Below are positions 26,671 through 40,789 of a stretch of DNA of 64,000 bases, piece after piece. This stretch comes from Octopus sinensis (Eukaryota), in contig NC_043008.1 of the NCBI RefSeq assembly GCF_006345805.1, positions 29,140,001 to 29,204,000 on the forward strand. Reading direction: 5' to 3'. The notes beneath the pieces are model-generated. The model saw nothing but the letters and a program-made list of their open reading frames with translations. It made no database searches and was not told where the DNA came from. Every line of letters begins with the position of its first letter. The first letter of the stretch is position 1. Position numbers and translations under genes: made by a program.

Positions 26671-28238
26671 CAACGTTTGGTAGTATCCGTCAAATTTCAA
26701 CTGCATCACCTGCTACAACTCCGTGTTGCTGAGTGTGTGCATCATTGTGTGTTCTTTTATATTGTTGAGAGTATGCAAATTCGTGTCAGTATTGTATTGA
26801 GTGAGTTCCATTTTTTAATATTTCAATGCGGTGTGGTGCAGTCTTTTCTCTTATTAGTGTTTGTATTGTGTGTTCTCTGCGTAGTGTTAAGGACCTAGGT
26901 ATAGCATTTACGTTTTTCATCATATGCTTTTTCTGTTATAATGCCGAATGCTCCAATTTATTACTGGTATTGTTTTCACCATCTTGCCCTACTTCTTGAA
27001 TATTACAATTTGGCACATGTTTATAACATTTATTGTCAGTTTTTATGTTGCAGTGTTGGCATATTGTCCAATGAATATAACTACATACTCGGCCGTGTTT
27101 GTATATATTTAGCAGGGAGTGGACAGCCAGATATGATGAGGTGAACTATCTTATTGTATTTGTTGTACATTTATTGTCAGGCACTGGTCTTGTACAGCGA
27201 GAATCAGTCCTTCCATTTCAGCTTTTAGTAGAGAGCCTTAGAATCATCGTTGGCTTTTAGTTAGGATCTCTTTTTCTCTATCAAACCTTGTAGGGTACTT
27301 CGACACGGAGTGATTTTTCTCTGCATTTCTTTTTTAGCATGTTTTGTTGTTCAGTTTTCCTGATTTCTGTATCTATGTCGAGTACAGTGTATTCAGTGCT
27401 ACTTAATTTGCATCTTCTTGATGACGCTTTGGCACATTTGTCCAGTCCCATGCTTTCCTTTTGCCCTTGCTGAAACTATGGACACTTTTCAGATTTTTCT
27501 GTTCCATGGTAATTTTAGTGAAAATCTTAAAATTATCCATGTACAGGACATGGTTTATTGTTTGTTTGTCCATAGCATATATAACCCATGGTGGTATCAT
27601 TTAACAAGTTTGTTAGTAGGGTCAGAAAAAGGCAGAAAGTTAGGGGTGACAACGAATCGCGCTGGAAAATTCCCCCTTCTTATGAGTAGAAAATATGTTT
27701 CAATTACTCGTGATGCTATTGCGTTCTCGTATATTCTAGTAGTGTTGGAGCTACTTTGTCTAGAGAGATTCTAGTATCCATGAGTCTTCAAAATGGTCGA
27801 ATACTTTCTGGTAATCAATCCAAGTCGTGCTCAGGTCTGTTTTTCTCCCCTTACTATCCTCTATAATGGCTTGATTTATCAGAAATTACTCCTTACAACC
27901 ATTCATCACTTTTGTTGTTCTGATAAAACATTGTTGTTCTCCAGGTATGTTATAAGCCGGTTATAGATGGCTGATATGAGGGTTTTGTAGGATGTTGATA
28001 GGCATGTTATTAGCTTATAGTTTTGTGGTTGTACAGTGTCTTTGTTAGATGCAATGAAGGTGATTTGTTCTTCCAGCATCCAGTTTGATGTTGAGTCTGG
28101 CTTCCATATTGATATTTTAAATGTTGCCACTGCATGGGTATGGGTACAGGCGAAGTGTTTCGACCAGAATTTGGAGACCTTGTCTCTCGCTGGAGTTCTC
28201 CAGTTGCTGGTACACATTAATGTGTTTGTGATCTCTTA
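26671..28238 (-). mobile_element. R4/Dong-like retrotransposon remnant flanked on both sides by (TTA)n
   Basis: QPQNYKLITCLSTSYK..EQQK, WIDYQK, INHVLYMDNFKIF and the C-terminal IGAFGII. Confidence 0.85.
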
Positions 28239-28241
28239 GCC

Positions 28242-28590
<349 letters not shown>

Positions 28591-28594
28591 CTCA

Positions 28595-28945
28595 TTGCGT
28601 AAGATAATTGCTCGTGATATCAAAGTGACGCTGGGGTGCAAATTTACGAAGCCCAATATAACGAACATGATAAAGGTACACTAGGCATATGCATTACAAT
28701 CATATGTGCGTGAAATGGCGATGTAATATCAACATAAACAGCGCATGGCTATGCAGATGAGATCTAGTTTCAATTTTCTTCAGGTCGAGTAGACCAATAG
28801 ACCCTGAATAAACTCGGAAACACCTGTTTCCAGGGGTGAACTATTCAAATCCCACATGGCTATGTGCTCCCCACTACGCCTAGTCAAAATCAGAGAAGCA
28901 CATATCGTCAGCCAGTAAGGGAGATGCTCAAATCGTTTAAGTGAA
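28595..28945 (-). mobile_element. Dispersed repeat, same family as 15788-15970
   Basis: Shared sequence blocks by eye. Confidence 0.6.
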
Positions 28946-30420
28946 ACACCCAATAATTACGCTTGCTTTTAATAAGAATTGTACTCCCTCTTTCATAATG
29001 AGTATTTTACTCTCAATCTGGTATTATTCCTCCATTAAGGCATTCCTGAAGTTGTTCTCTCAGCCTCCCATGAAAACTACTAAATTTCGTCAACTAAGTC
29101 CGGTCCGGGCCCTTCCAATTCGGCGTTTACCTAACACTTTACTCATTAATGCTTTGGTTAGTCACTCACCACTTCTTACATCATTTTTTTTTAACCAAAC
29201 TAAATCTCCATTATGATTAACTGGCTTATCTCAAATATTACTTCAAAACTTTCTAGTTTATTCTGCATTAGGTTTCTCATCTTCAGTACTTCGTTCTCCA
29301 CTATTTTTTCGGTTATAAAGTCCCTCTGATCTATCTCAAATAATCTTTTCTCCTGATACTGATCAATCTTCTTTTGATATCTAGAGAGCTCACCTGGTAC
29401 TGCTATGATATGCTGTTTCAACTCTTCTATTACTGTCTCAAATCCTTCCTTTTTGACTAAGTATCTTTTCTCAAGGGAAGATTTGCATCTTGTGTTTCCT
29501 AACCTTTTTCGTTTCCAGTCTTCTATTTTATTCGGATCTTGTCTTAAATGTTTTCACTTTATTCTGTAGTTGCCTTTTCCACATTTGCTCTTTTTTAATA
29601 TATCCCTGTGAGATATCTGATGTTATAGTGATTACTATCCCTTCTGCGTAGATCTATATGTAAGTGTCTCCTAAATTTTTAGTGTCTATCCTATAATAAC
29701 AGAATTTGCTTTCTTAGTCATTTCTAGCAGCATCCTTCTGTTGAGGACTTTTAATGCTGGCAAACGCTTTCCTTCTTTATTCATCACTTCCTGCAACTCA
29801 TCTAAAATCTTCTGATCTTCCTCACTTAAATCACTTAAGCCACTTGTACCAGTTGCTCCTTCCTTATTGATGGCGCTATTATTATTTTATCATTTAGATT
29901 TTTCTTTTGTTTGAGCTGTATCTCTTATGCTGTTGTTTGTTTTTCCTACTGTATGGCCTTTCTTTTCCAGTTCTCTTGTGATCTCTTCCACCTTCACTTC
30001 TGTCACCCATCTTCTTTTACTAATAGGCTTTGTTTGATCTTCTTATCTCTGCGCAGTCACTTTATACATACATTTCTTTACCCGAAGTCTTAACATCCCT
30101 TTTCTATAGCCCCTGTTTTTAGGTTCACTTTCTAAGCAGCACTGCATCACTATCCTGTTTTCTTCGCTGGTCCATTACATCCTCCTTACACTATGACCTG
30201 TTGATGCTATATTAGGATAACAGTTGTGGTCAGTCTGCACCTTTACTGAATCACTGCCGAACGAGGGGCCTTCCCTAAAAGGTTCTGCTTCATTCTCAGA
30301 TGGCGTTCATTAAGACACACTTCTCTTTCATTGTTTTTGCGTATTCCCAATTCCTGCTTCGTGATTGTTTCAGATTTGATGCATCTTCCCGCAGCTCACT
30401 GTCCATGCTCTTTGGTATGA
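28945..30420 (-). mobile_element. R4/Dong-like remnant (N-terminal and pre-RT region)
   Basis: ETVIEELKQHIIA..RYQKKIDQYQEKRLFEIDQR and NWKGPDR-like segments. Confidence 0.75.
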
Positions 30421-30469
30421 TTATCATCATCATCATCATCTTCACCATCATCTTCATCATCATTCAGTA

Positions 30470-32100
30470 CTATTATTTTAATCGAATGCCTTCTCTACGT
30501 GACTGAAAGCAGCTCTGTAGGTATATGTATTCATAACCAAGACCTGTCCACCAGAGACAATATGATTTGGTTTCCTTCCCGAACACTATATATTTTGCAG
30601 CTACGTTTTCTCCATTATGTGTTTTGGGTGTTTTGTGGTCTCTAGTTAGTTGCCCTTCTCAACAAGTATTAGGATTTCACTATCTCTTTTGTGTTTGCTT
30701 TATCCCACAATTTGCCATGCAAGTGTTCTTTTACCGAGCTTTCTATCAAAGCATTTTGTACTTACAGCTTTAGCTTATAGTTTGGTTGCATTACATCTTT
30801 TGTTATTTCTTTTTATTTACAATTGCCAAGTATTATAACCTATTCCTTGTATTTTTCAGCCAGATGAAACTTTTTGTTTGTTTGATTTTTGTTCTTGCTT
30901 CGCAGCTATTTGTATCAGCTTTTCATGATTCTGAATTAGATACGAATGTAATGTAGGAGTTTTCTAGTTGCATAAGGCTTCTACCACCTTCACTTTATTC
31001 AATATATACCCCATTTATATGAGATTTTGTGTGTTGTATTCTAATCCTGCCATTATTTTTCATTATTTTTTGTCTCGCTTCGCTATATCCTTTAGTCTTC
31101 AGTTAAGAATATTGAAATTGTAAATTATAACTTACACAACTAAAGTATTGATACCTATCATATTTTTTATAGTTGCATTGAGCTTTGTTTTAAGTACTAA
31201 TCTAATTCGTTTATAATATCCCTTCCTTATCTTTATTTTCATTTATGTATGATGTCCCCTATCTAGTTAATTGATTCCTAAGTATTTATTTCATCTAGTC
31301 CTCATTTCATTTTCTGTATCTAATATGATATCTTTATCCTTGCTTAGTTTTCCTCCTTTCAGTTTTGGCACATTTTTATAAGCCGAATCACATATTAATA
31401 TCTTTCAAGAATCCGTGCACTATATGTAGCAATGTTTCCAGCTGGAAGATACTTCAGATAGATAAGGCTTTAATTGCCATAATTGCGTATTTTGTCTGTA
31501 GCTGTAGAACTGTTTGCCATTTAGTCATCACGTGTTTTATGTATTGTAATGCTATGTTTCATTGGCTAGAGATTCCAGGTGTCCATATGCATATGTATGG
31601 GAGTGAGGCGATTCTCACAAAAGAATTGCGGTAGTTAGCGCAAACCATGCTTAGGTCCTTCTTTTTCTTTCGGCACACTCAGTTATGCTTATTTGGTCAA
31701 TAACTGGTCGTATGTGCCATATGAACCTTTGCAACAGAGCATCTGTATTTCTCTTCTGGAATCAGACAGATTTATTCTCGATCTCTGTCCGCTCTGTGTG
31801 ATAATTTTACAATTAAGGATTTCTATTGCGTGGATTGGCATATTTTGGGTCTGCAGTTTTGTGTGATTGTGGTTTAGTTATTTGGGGGAATTAGGATGCT
31901 TGCCCCTACTATGAGCTATTCAGGTGCTTTCTCTGGTTTGAACTTCATTGCGAGCATCTATATATGCAATTTACATATTTTAACCAGAATTTGGTAAACT
32001 TGCCGTTCTTTTGTCCGTTACAGTTGATTGTCTTTCACAGTAATTGGGTTATCCCTTCCGTTGCTATGGATTCTTCAGCATTGCAATAGGCTTGGAATGT
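30470..32100 (-). mobile_element. R4/Dong-like remnant (RT with domains 4-5 deleted, thumb, degenerate CCHC)
   Basis: SIFQ|LETLLHIVHGFLKDINM*FG, YLGIN, MIGINTL and HLHGKLWDK fragments. Confidence 0.75.
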
Positions 32101-32149
32101 TTGAAAATTAATGTGTACAATTTGATGGGACGAATAAGAAAAAATAGAC

Positions 32150-34600
32150 GCAGAAATTCGTTCACCAATGTTGAATAAGAGAAGATGAATTACAAAACAT
32201 CACTGTTAATAACATTGAAGCTAACTTAGACGAGATTAGTGTGTAAAGTGGGAAACAAAGAGTTCCCAATGAAAATGACACAACTAAGAAAAAATTTGCC
32301 AACCAAGATGCTGATAATACAGTAAGTGAGGAATCACTATATGAGAAGGGAGTGGAATATCAAATGAATGATAATATGGTCTTTAGAAATTCGAATGAAC
32401 ATACGGAAGAGGAAGAAACAAGATTAAATATCAAAAGGTTTAAAGGTATTTTTCGTGATTTTATGGCCAAGAAGAGACTGCTGAATATTCAGAATATGGA
32501 TAAAATAGTATATGTGAAACAGCAAAAGTTAACCATACAATGAAGTTTATAGTAACAAATGGTATCACCGACTTGCGAATGTTACTTAGCGCTGTACGTC
32601 TTCTGGTTGACGGTGGGAGGCGGTTATGGTATCATGCAAACAGAAAGGAAGAAACGTAAGGAACTGGGTCGAAGAGAAAATTGGAAGGTGAGGAGACTCA
32701 GCTCAGAAAAGGCTGAGGTAAAATGGATGGTTCGACAAAGTAGGAGACAAAAGACATATGGATATGTGTTACAAAATATAATTGAAAGTTTTGAAGGAAT
32801 TAATACAAGAAGTAAAATAGTAAATCAAAGCAAAATCTAATCATGTTTGGTACTATAGAATTAGAAAGAACAATACGAGCACAACAGACTGCTCACTGCA
32901 AATCAAAAGATGTACTTTGGAACACAGTAATCTTAATGTTGTATCAAATACTGAGAACTTACACAATTTTGGTCACATTTTTGGAGGGTTGCATAAGGAC
33001 ATAACAAGGATACGAGATGGCTAAGAGAAGCTGAGGATGAGTTATCTAATGTACCGAAATAGAGACGGAAAAGAATGTTAAAAGATGTCTAAAAACGAGT
33101 TAGGAATATGCTAAACTGGAAATCTCCTGGACCACATCCGATCCAAGTATTATAGCTGAAAAGATTCTCTGATGCTCTAAACATATTGGAATGGAGTTTG
33201 GGTTCGCAAAATGTGCCACACTGACTATGATGAGAGATAAGCGAGTATGTGGAAGTGGGATTTCATTGCCTAAGTGAAAGACAACTGGTGACCCTGAGGA
33301 GATTGGTGATCATGAGGAGAATATTTGCATTTTGGAGCTGGTCAAATTCTAAATAAGAAGACAAAAGTAAATGTAAAGAAATCCGACAAAAGCAAGTTAC
33401 AGATGTTTCCGGAAAAAGAAATGAAATGGGAAGAACTTGATTACTACAATGAAAGTATAGGCTAATAGATATAGTGCTGCAATTTTGAATTTGCAACTGA
33501 GATACAGAAGTTGTTTAGGTTAGCATTTAAAAAAAAATTGCTAATGGTGCAATGAATCCAAAAGCAAACGTTATAAGCCTATATACACCAAGGCAGATAG
33601 GTGGACAAGGACATATAAATGTTAAATATTCATTTCTGTTACAAGCACAAAGCCTGAAATTTCGAGGGAAGTTGATCAGATCGACCTCAGTACGTAACTG
33701 GTACTTAATCTATCGACCCCGAAGGGTTGAAAGGCAAAGTCGACCTCGGTGGAATTTGAACTCAGAATGTAGCGGCAGACGAAATACTGGAAAGCATTTT
33801 GCCCGGCGTGCTAGTGATTCTGCCAGCTCACCGCCTTGATAAGTGTGAAATATTGTGTGAATGCGGTAGTAGAGAAGAACTTTTAAGGTATGCTTTCAAA
33901 AGCAAAGGCTTATATAGTGAATATAGCGGAAAAAAAGAAAATTAAAGGGAGCGGTTGGTAGGTAAGCAACTGAGCACGAAGATATCGAATTACATGGTCA
34001 ATTCTAAAGACGGATGAAAGAAGTAAAAACAGAATCATTATAGGAATGGTGAGAAAAAGTGATCGTATGAGAATGTGGAAGTTTTTCTGAGGCTGCTGAA
34101 GATAAAGCAATAAATACAAACTCGATAATCAATATGTATAACACAGATGAAAGAAATAAGTGTAGGTTATGTGGAGAAAATGTGGAAGGTGTGACATACA
34201 TCACGAATACACGTAACATACTTGCGGAGAGTGGATATATAAGGCGTCGCAATAAAAGTGTTTACAACACCCTTGGTCTTTATGCATATATATAAAATTC
34301 CAACCACAAAGAAATGTGATCAGTAAATACCAGAACAGGTCCTAGGAAACTACAATGTCAAACTCTTGTAATTCAGAAAGTTTAGAGTTCTTGAACAGAC
34401 AAAGCCAGGCATAACGTTGGGTGTGAGAGGTACTGTGAGAAGGGATCTGCTGAGCGATGTAGTTTGCCCAGCATATCAATGAGCCAATGGTAAGGAAAAC
34501 GAGATCTTAAAATGAGCAGACTTAAAACTAGATATCGAGAGAACGTAGTATATGACAGCAATATTGACGGGAGCATATTAGTCGGACCTAGTTCTTCACT
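32150..34600 (+). mobile_element. R4/Dong-like remnant interrupted by a SINE
   Basis: NWKSPGP..LKRF|IGMEFGFAKCA, PKANVISLYTPRQIGGQG and CRLCGENVEGVTYI. Confidence 0.8.
33632..33837 (-). mobile_element. SINE family B with 16-bp TSD
   Basis: TSD ATAAATGTTAAATATT (33615-33630) / ATAAGTGTGAAATATT (33839-33854). Confidence 0.9.
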
Positions 34601-35711
34601 GATATTTATTGAATCGACAATTTTAACAAGAACAACAATAATCACGCACAAGAATATACAATTTCATTGTCATCTACACTACTCTATAACATATTTAACC
34701 TAAGCTTCCTCATCATCATCATTATCATCCTCATCATACATCACTATCACCAACACCACCACCACAAAAAACACTACCACAACCAGCTCCACCACTACCA
34801 TATACATCGTCGTATCATCACCTGCACTACCATTCAATTTATTTTCGACTTGCTTTTGTAATATTTAAGGCCATAACAAAAGCGATGACAGCGATATACT
34901 TATGCTATTCTTCTATAAATTTCATGAATTCTTGTAAATTTATTACTACTACTTCCTTCATTCTATAAAATATTTAAATTATATTTTCTGCATATTATTT
35001 TAATTCACATGTATAGTTACTCAACAACGACATAAATATGAAAAACAATTCGCGTTTAACAGTATATGTGTCTTTAGACAGGAAATATACAGCATCAATA
35101 TTTTCGCATGGTTTAAATGATTGCATACCTACATAGCTATGTGTGTGTGTGTGTGTGTGAATTCATGAATGTATACATGTTTACATACGCGTAGGTGTAT
35201 ATAGACAGCAGTATACATACATTCATGCATACATAACGTGTATACATATCATTTATACACTTGTTTATACATAGGAACACACAAACACATACACATGCAT
35301 GTCTACATACATATTATAGTTGTGATTCTTTTTCTTCTTGTTTTTCTTCTTCTTCTTTATCATCATCATCATAATATTATTATCATTGTTGTTGTTGTTG
35401 TTGTTGTTATTATTATTATTATTATTATTTTATTATTATTATTATTATTATTATTGCACTTCTATTTAAGAGCTATACATTTCTAAGAACACACATTGAT
35501 AAGCTAGATATCTTTCATGGTGTTTTTTTATGTGATTCTTATTTTTTGTTAGAAATTCTAAAGCTGACTATGTTAGACAGGTTTAATTTTGTACAATTTA
35601 TAAGATGGTAAATGTTCATTTTAATATTTTATTCATATTTCCATGTGGTATTTGTTGCATGAATCTATACATATATGCCTGCACGCGTATATACATACTT
35701 ATATGTATGCA

Positions 35712-36507
35712 TGTGTGACTATATAGTAAGAGGCTTGCTTCCCAATCAGAGAGTTTCGGATTCAGTCCCACCGCATGGCAGCTTGAGGAAGAGTATCTAC
35801 CGACCTCGGACTGATCAAAATCTTGAGAGTGGATTTGCTTCGCGGAAACAGAAAGAAGCCCGTCGTGTAGTCTTTTATGCTTTTATTTGTTTCACTCGTT
35901 TGACCGCGGCCATGCTGGTGCACCACCTAAAGTCGAACAAATCGACACCAGGACTTATTCTATGGGTCTCTTAAGACAAACCACGAAGTGAGAGAGACGT
36001 AACCACACCAAAATCGGTAGTCAAGCAATGGTGGGGACACAAACAACAAACACATACATACACATATGTACATATATATATATATATGACGGGCTTCTTT
36101 CAGCTTCCGTCTACCAAATCCACTCACAAGGCTTTGGTCGGCCCGAGACTCTAGCAGAAGAAACTTGACCAAGGTACCACGCAATGGGACGGAACCCGGA
36201 ACCATGTGGTTGAGAAGCAAATTTCTTACCACGCAGCTACTCCTATATATATATACACACACACAGACAGACACACACACACAGACACACACAAACACAC
36301 GTATATATATTTGTGTGTCAGAGGTTGTTCCCACCACCATCGCTTGAAACCGATGCTGGTGTGTTGGTTCGGCAAAAGGGGGTGATAGAACCAGTACTAG
36401 GCTTACAAAGAATAATTCCTGCGGGCGATTTGTTCGACAAAATGTTGTGCTCCAGCATGGCCACAGTGAAGTGACTGAAACGAGTAAAAGAATGACAGAA
36501 TAAAAGA
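35712..36507. mobile_element. Cluster of SINE family A copies (+ 35712-35866, - 35875-36243, + 36312-36507)
   Basis: GGTTCCGGGTTC(A/C)GTCCCA B-box head, GTGGATTTGGTAGACGGAA body and CAGCATGGCC tail. Confidence 0.85.
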
Positions 36508-36706
36508 ATACATATATGCACATACACATACGTATATATAAATATATGAATGTGTATATATATATATACATATATACATATACTTATATATACACACATG
36601 CATACACACACACATATATAAATATATATATATATATATTATAATTTAGAACAAACACAAAGTTGATATTATAGTACTCGGTGTTTGTTCTAAATTATAA
36701 TATATA

Positions 36707-37237
36707 CTAGCTTAAGGTGACCCGCTCTACGCGCGGGTGAGGTTGTGGTTGTTATTTTCTGTTGCTTCCTTTCTGTTTCTTATCGCCACATTCTCCCTCT
36801 TTGTTTCTCTATCCTTTCTCATTTTCCCACTGTCATACTCTTCCTTTCCCTCGCTTTCTCTTACTCTTTATCTTTCTCTATCTATCTCTCTGCCATTTAT
36901 AAAAAAAATAGATTTCCGCGTTTAAATTGCAAATCCGCTTCCACTTTACCATGTTGAAAATTTGATTGAAATCGGGCATAATTTGTCCGATCTAGACCAC
37001 CAAGTGTCACCCAAATTCAATAAAATTCCAGTTTTCAAAACAAAGCAACCACTGTAGCGCCACAGAACGTCTCCCAATCAATTTCCTACCTCAAATTACC
37101 CCCTCCTGTAAATTTTAATCCCCATCCAGGCCCATTTAGATCTCTTTCATTTGAGGAAAAAATAGTTGCCATGAAAACTCGTCAGCACTTTTAACATAGG
37201 TGTGCATATTTTCAGCTTATCCGACCACATAATGCAT

Positions 37238-37283
<46 letters not shown>

Positions 37284-37312
37284 CACACACACACACACAA
37301 ACACACACACAC

Positions 37313-37350
<38 letters not shown>

Positions 37351-38591
37351 TATACGCATTAAATATATATATATATGTACATATATACGCATTATATCTA
37401 TGTGTGTGTGTGAGTACGCAAAATATATATACAAGTGTATACAAATTAGAAATATATATATATATACAGATATATACATTTTGTATATATACATTATATA
37501 TACATATATAATGGTCGCGGCCTTCGGGCTAAAACATTTTTAAGGATTTAAGGATTTAAGATACAGACACACACACATAAATTATCCCAATAAATATCTG
37601 ATTCATAATATTTGTTCTCATGATTGTGTGGTGGTTGTGGTGGTGGTGGCAATAATAAAACTCTCTATGAATGCACACAGACGTACAGAGACATAGAGAG
37701 AGAGAGAGAGGGGTGGTGAAAGAAAGAGTGGCAGCGTTGGCGAAGGTGGTGGGGAAAGATAGTAGACACTGTCAAATGCAGTTATAGAGAGGATGTGAAA
37801 GGAAGGGAGGAAAGAGAGAGAGAAGGAGGAAGACTGGCAGATAAGAGAATGAGAAAAAACTTGTCAAAGTGTGCGTTTTTGCCCTAGTAACCACACCTTT
37901 TGAGATAGGGATTTGTAACCTAGCCCACTGATATCTTCACCTTATTAATTTATATTTATAATTTTTAAAAATATATATATAACACTCAAAAAGTATTAAA
38001 AAGTTTAATATATATAAATACAGATATATACACTTTGTATATATACATTACATATATATATTTATATATAGAACACACACACACACACACATACATATAT
38101 ATAAATTAACCCAATAAACATCTGATTCATAATATTTGTTCTGGTGATTGTGTGGTTGTGGTGGCGATGATATTCTCTCTATGAATGCAGACAGACGTAG
38201 ATAGAGAGAGAGTATGTGAAAGCGCTGTCGAAGGCGGGGAGGGGAGAGATATAGGCCGCTGTGAAACGACGTTATAAAGAAAAAGTGAAGGGAAGGGTGG
38301 TAGTCGCTGTGAAACGACGTTATAGATAGAATGTGAAAGGAAGGGAGGAACGAGATTGAGTGATGCAGGAAGAGAGATACATAAAAAATGGGAGTAGACT
38401 TGTCAAAGTGCGTTTTTGGCCCTAGCAACAACACCTTTTAAGATGGGGACTTCTAACATAGCCCACTCGCATCCTCACCTCATTTTACATGTCCCTGTAA
38501 ATTTTGGTGTCAATCTAGTGGCCTTTAACCCGTTCTCAATGCCAAAACCAGACAAACAAACTTTTCGCATTTCAGAATTATAATATAGAGA
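36707..38591 (-). mobile_element. Non-autonomous Helitron, copy 1
   Basis: On the minus strand it starts TCTCTATATTATAA and ends with the hairpin ACCCGCGCGTAGAGCGGGT, a short spacer and CTAG followed by T. It carries internal microsatellites and an internal duplication (~37580-37940 vs ~38100-38480). Confidence 0.75.
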
Positions 38592-39286
38592 CTAGCTTCA
38601 GGTGACCCGCTATCTCTTTCCCATATATAAACAACAAAAGATCTTGAGTAAGTTAAGAAAGAAAATATTTTGAAAGATCAATCATAAATTTCAGGCAGTG
38701 ACAACGGAAAGGTCTGCTTCAAGGCAGACAGCAAAACACTAACATTTAAATGGGAAAGACGAACTTGCGAGCTGAATAAATGTTTGTAGGGATAGAATCT
38801 GAAGATAATAGAGTCACCATGGCTGGCATTTCTTAACGAAGGACAGTAATGTAGTGGTACATTAATGGCTAGCGTAAAATTTTGAACTTGATGTAAAGAA
38901 AATTCTTAAACACCAAGTTTTGAAGTGATTTTAGACTCACCATGGGAAGCATTCAAAACTTCTTCATCATGGACGGCAACACATTGAAGATTTAAAGGGT
39001 GGCGCAATTTTTTTAGCTTAATGTAACAGGGACTCCTAAAGACCTGCTCCTTTAAATTTTAATCCCCTTCCAGCCTCATTTAGACCCCTTCTCACATTTT
39101 GGTTAATATAACCCGATTTCATTCGGGTCTAATCGGACCACATTTTATAAGATGAGGAATTTTGTCCTAGAGGGCACGGCTTTCATTTGAGGAAAAAATA
39201 GTTGCCATGCAAATTCGCCGGCACTTTTAACATAGGTATGCATATCTTCAGTCAGCTCAACCGACCACATAATGCACACATTATAC

Positions 39287-39376
<90 letters not shown>

Positions 39377-39439
39377 GCATTCATATATATATATATATGT
39401 GTGTGTGCGTGTGTACGCTTTATATATACAAATGTATAC

Positions 39440-39488
<49 letters not shown>

Positions 39489-40012
39489 AATAAATACAGA
39501 TATATACACTTTGTATATATGCATTATATATACATTTTTATATATAGAACACACACACACACATATATAAATTAACCCAATAAATATCTGATTCATAATA
39601 TTTGTTCTCATGATTGTGTGGTGGTGGTGGTGGTGGCAATAATAATTCTCTTTATGAATGCAGACAGAGGTAGAGAGAGAGAGGATGTGGAAGAAAGAGT
39701 GAATGCGGTGGGGGAAAGATAGTAGACATTGTCAAACGACATTATAGAGAAAATGTGAAAGGAAAGGTGGAAAGAGAGAGAAAGATGGAGGAAGACAGGC
39801 AGATAAGAGAATGAGAGATGACTTGTCAAAGTGTACGTTTTTTGCCCTAGTAACCACACCTTTTAAAGATAGGGATTTCTAAGCTAGCCCACTGACATTC
39901 TCACCTCATTTTGCTGTAAATTTTGGAGTCAATCCGACGGAATCTAGTGGCCTTTAACCCGTTCCAATACCAAAACCAGACAAACAAACTTTTCGCATTT
40001 CAGATTTTACTC
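38592..40012 (-). mobile_element. Non-autonomous Helitron, copy 2, head-to-tail with copy 1
   Basis: Same CTAGCTT.AGGTGACCCGC terminus and same CAAACAAACTTTTCGCATTTCAGA opposite end; long shared internal blocks. Confidence 0.72.
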
Positions 40013-40093
40013 TATTTATAAATATTACTCTATTTATCTAATATCAAGGTCTCATTCTTTTCTCACTTTGTTTCATTATTATTATTATTATTA

Positions 40094-40150
<57 letters not shown>

Positions 40151-40153
40151 TAA

Positions 40154-40202
<49 letters not shown>

Positions 40203-40388
40203 TATAGATATTTAGATATATATGCATATATATATTATGGCTGTCCACTAAGAATTGGAAACCATTACCTATGCAAAATAAAAAAATGCCCACTGATATA
40301 TACACGCGCACACGCACGCACATACACACTCACACACATACATACACATGCATATATATATGTATATCGGACAGGGTGCTTCAAGTAT

Positions 40389-40596
40389 ACTAGTTCTCAC
40401 ATGAGAATTCTCTGATCGCTGCAGGGCTATAGAGTTCCTTAGCCTATAACGTCGAGTAGTAAGGACAGAAGCCAAGACCATGTGATTTTCAAACTAGTCC
40501 TCACATGAGAATTCTCTGATCGCTGCAGGGCTATAGAGTCCCTTAGCCTATAATGTCGAGTAGTAGGGACAGGAGCCAAGACCATGTGATTTTCAA
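40389..40596. repeat. 104-bp tandem duplication (2 copies)
   Basis: ACTAGT(T/C)CTCACATGAGAATTC...GATTTTCAA starts at 40389 and 40493. Confidence 0.95.
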
Positions 40597-40789
40597 AAAC
40601 AAACTTCTCTATCACAGACATGAGCCTGCGTTATGCTCATTATAACAAAGTATAATTGATTTAGAATGCACTTTTATGAATTATGGATATATGTGCGCTC
40701 CTGGCACTCTTCAATACCACTATATAATAGTAGTAATTTCTCTATCTCGCACAGAATTCCCTGCTGTTTAATGCACACAAATTTTATAT

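Noticed and set aside
40389-40596. Possible CRISPR-like or hammerhead tandem array
   Set aside because: Only two contiguous units, no spacers, no cas genes and no CUGANGA/GAAA core.
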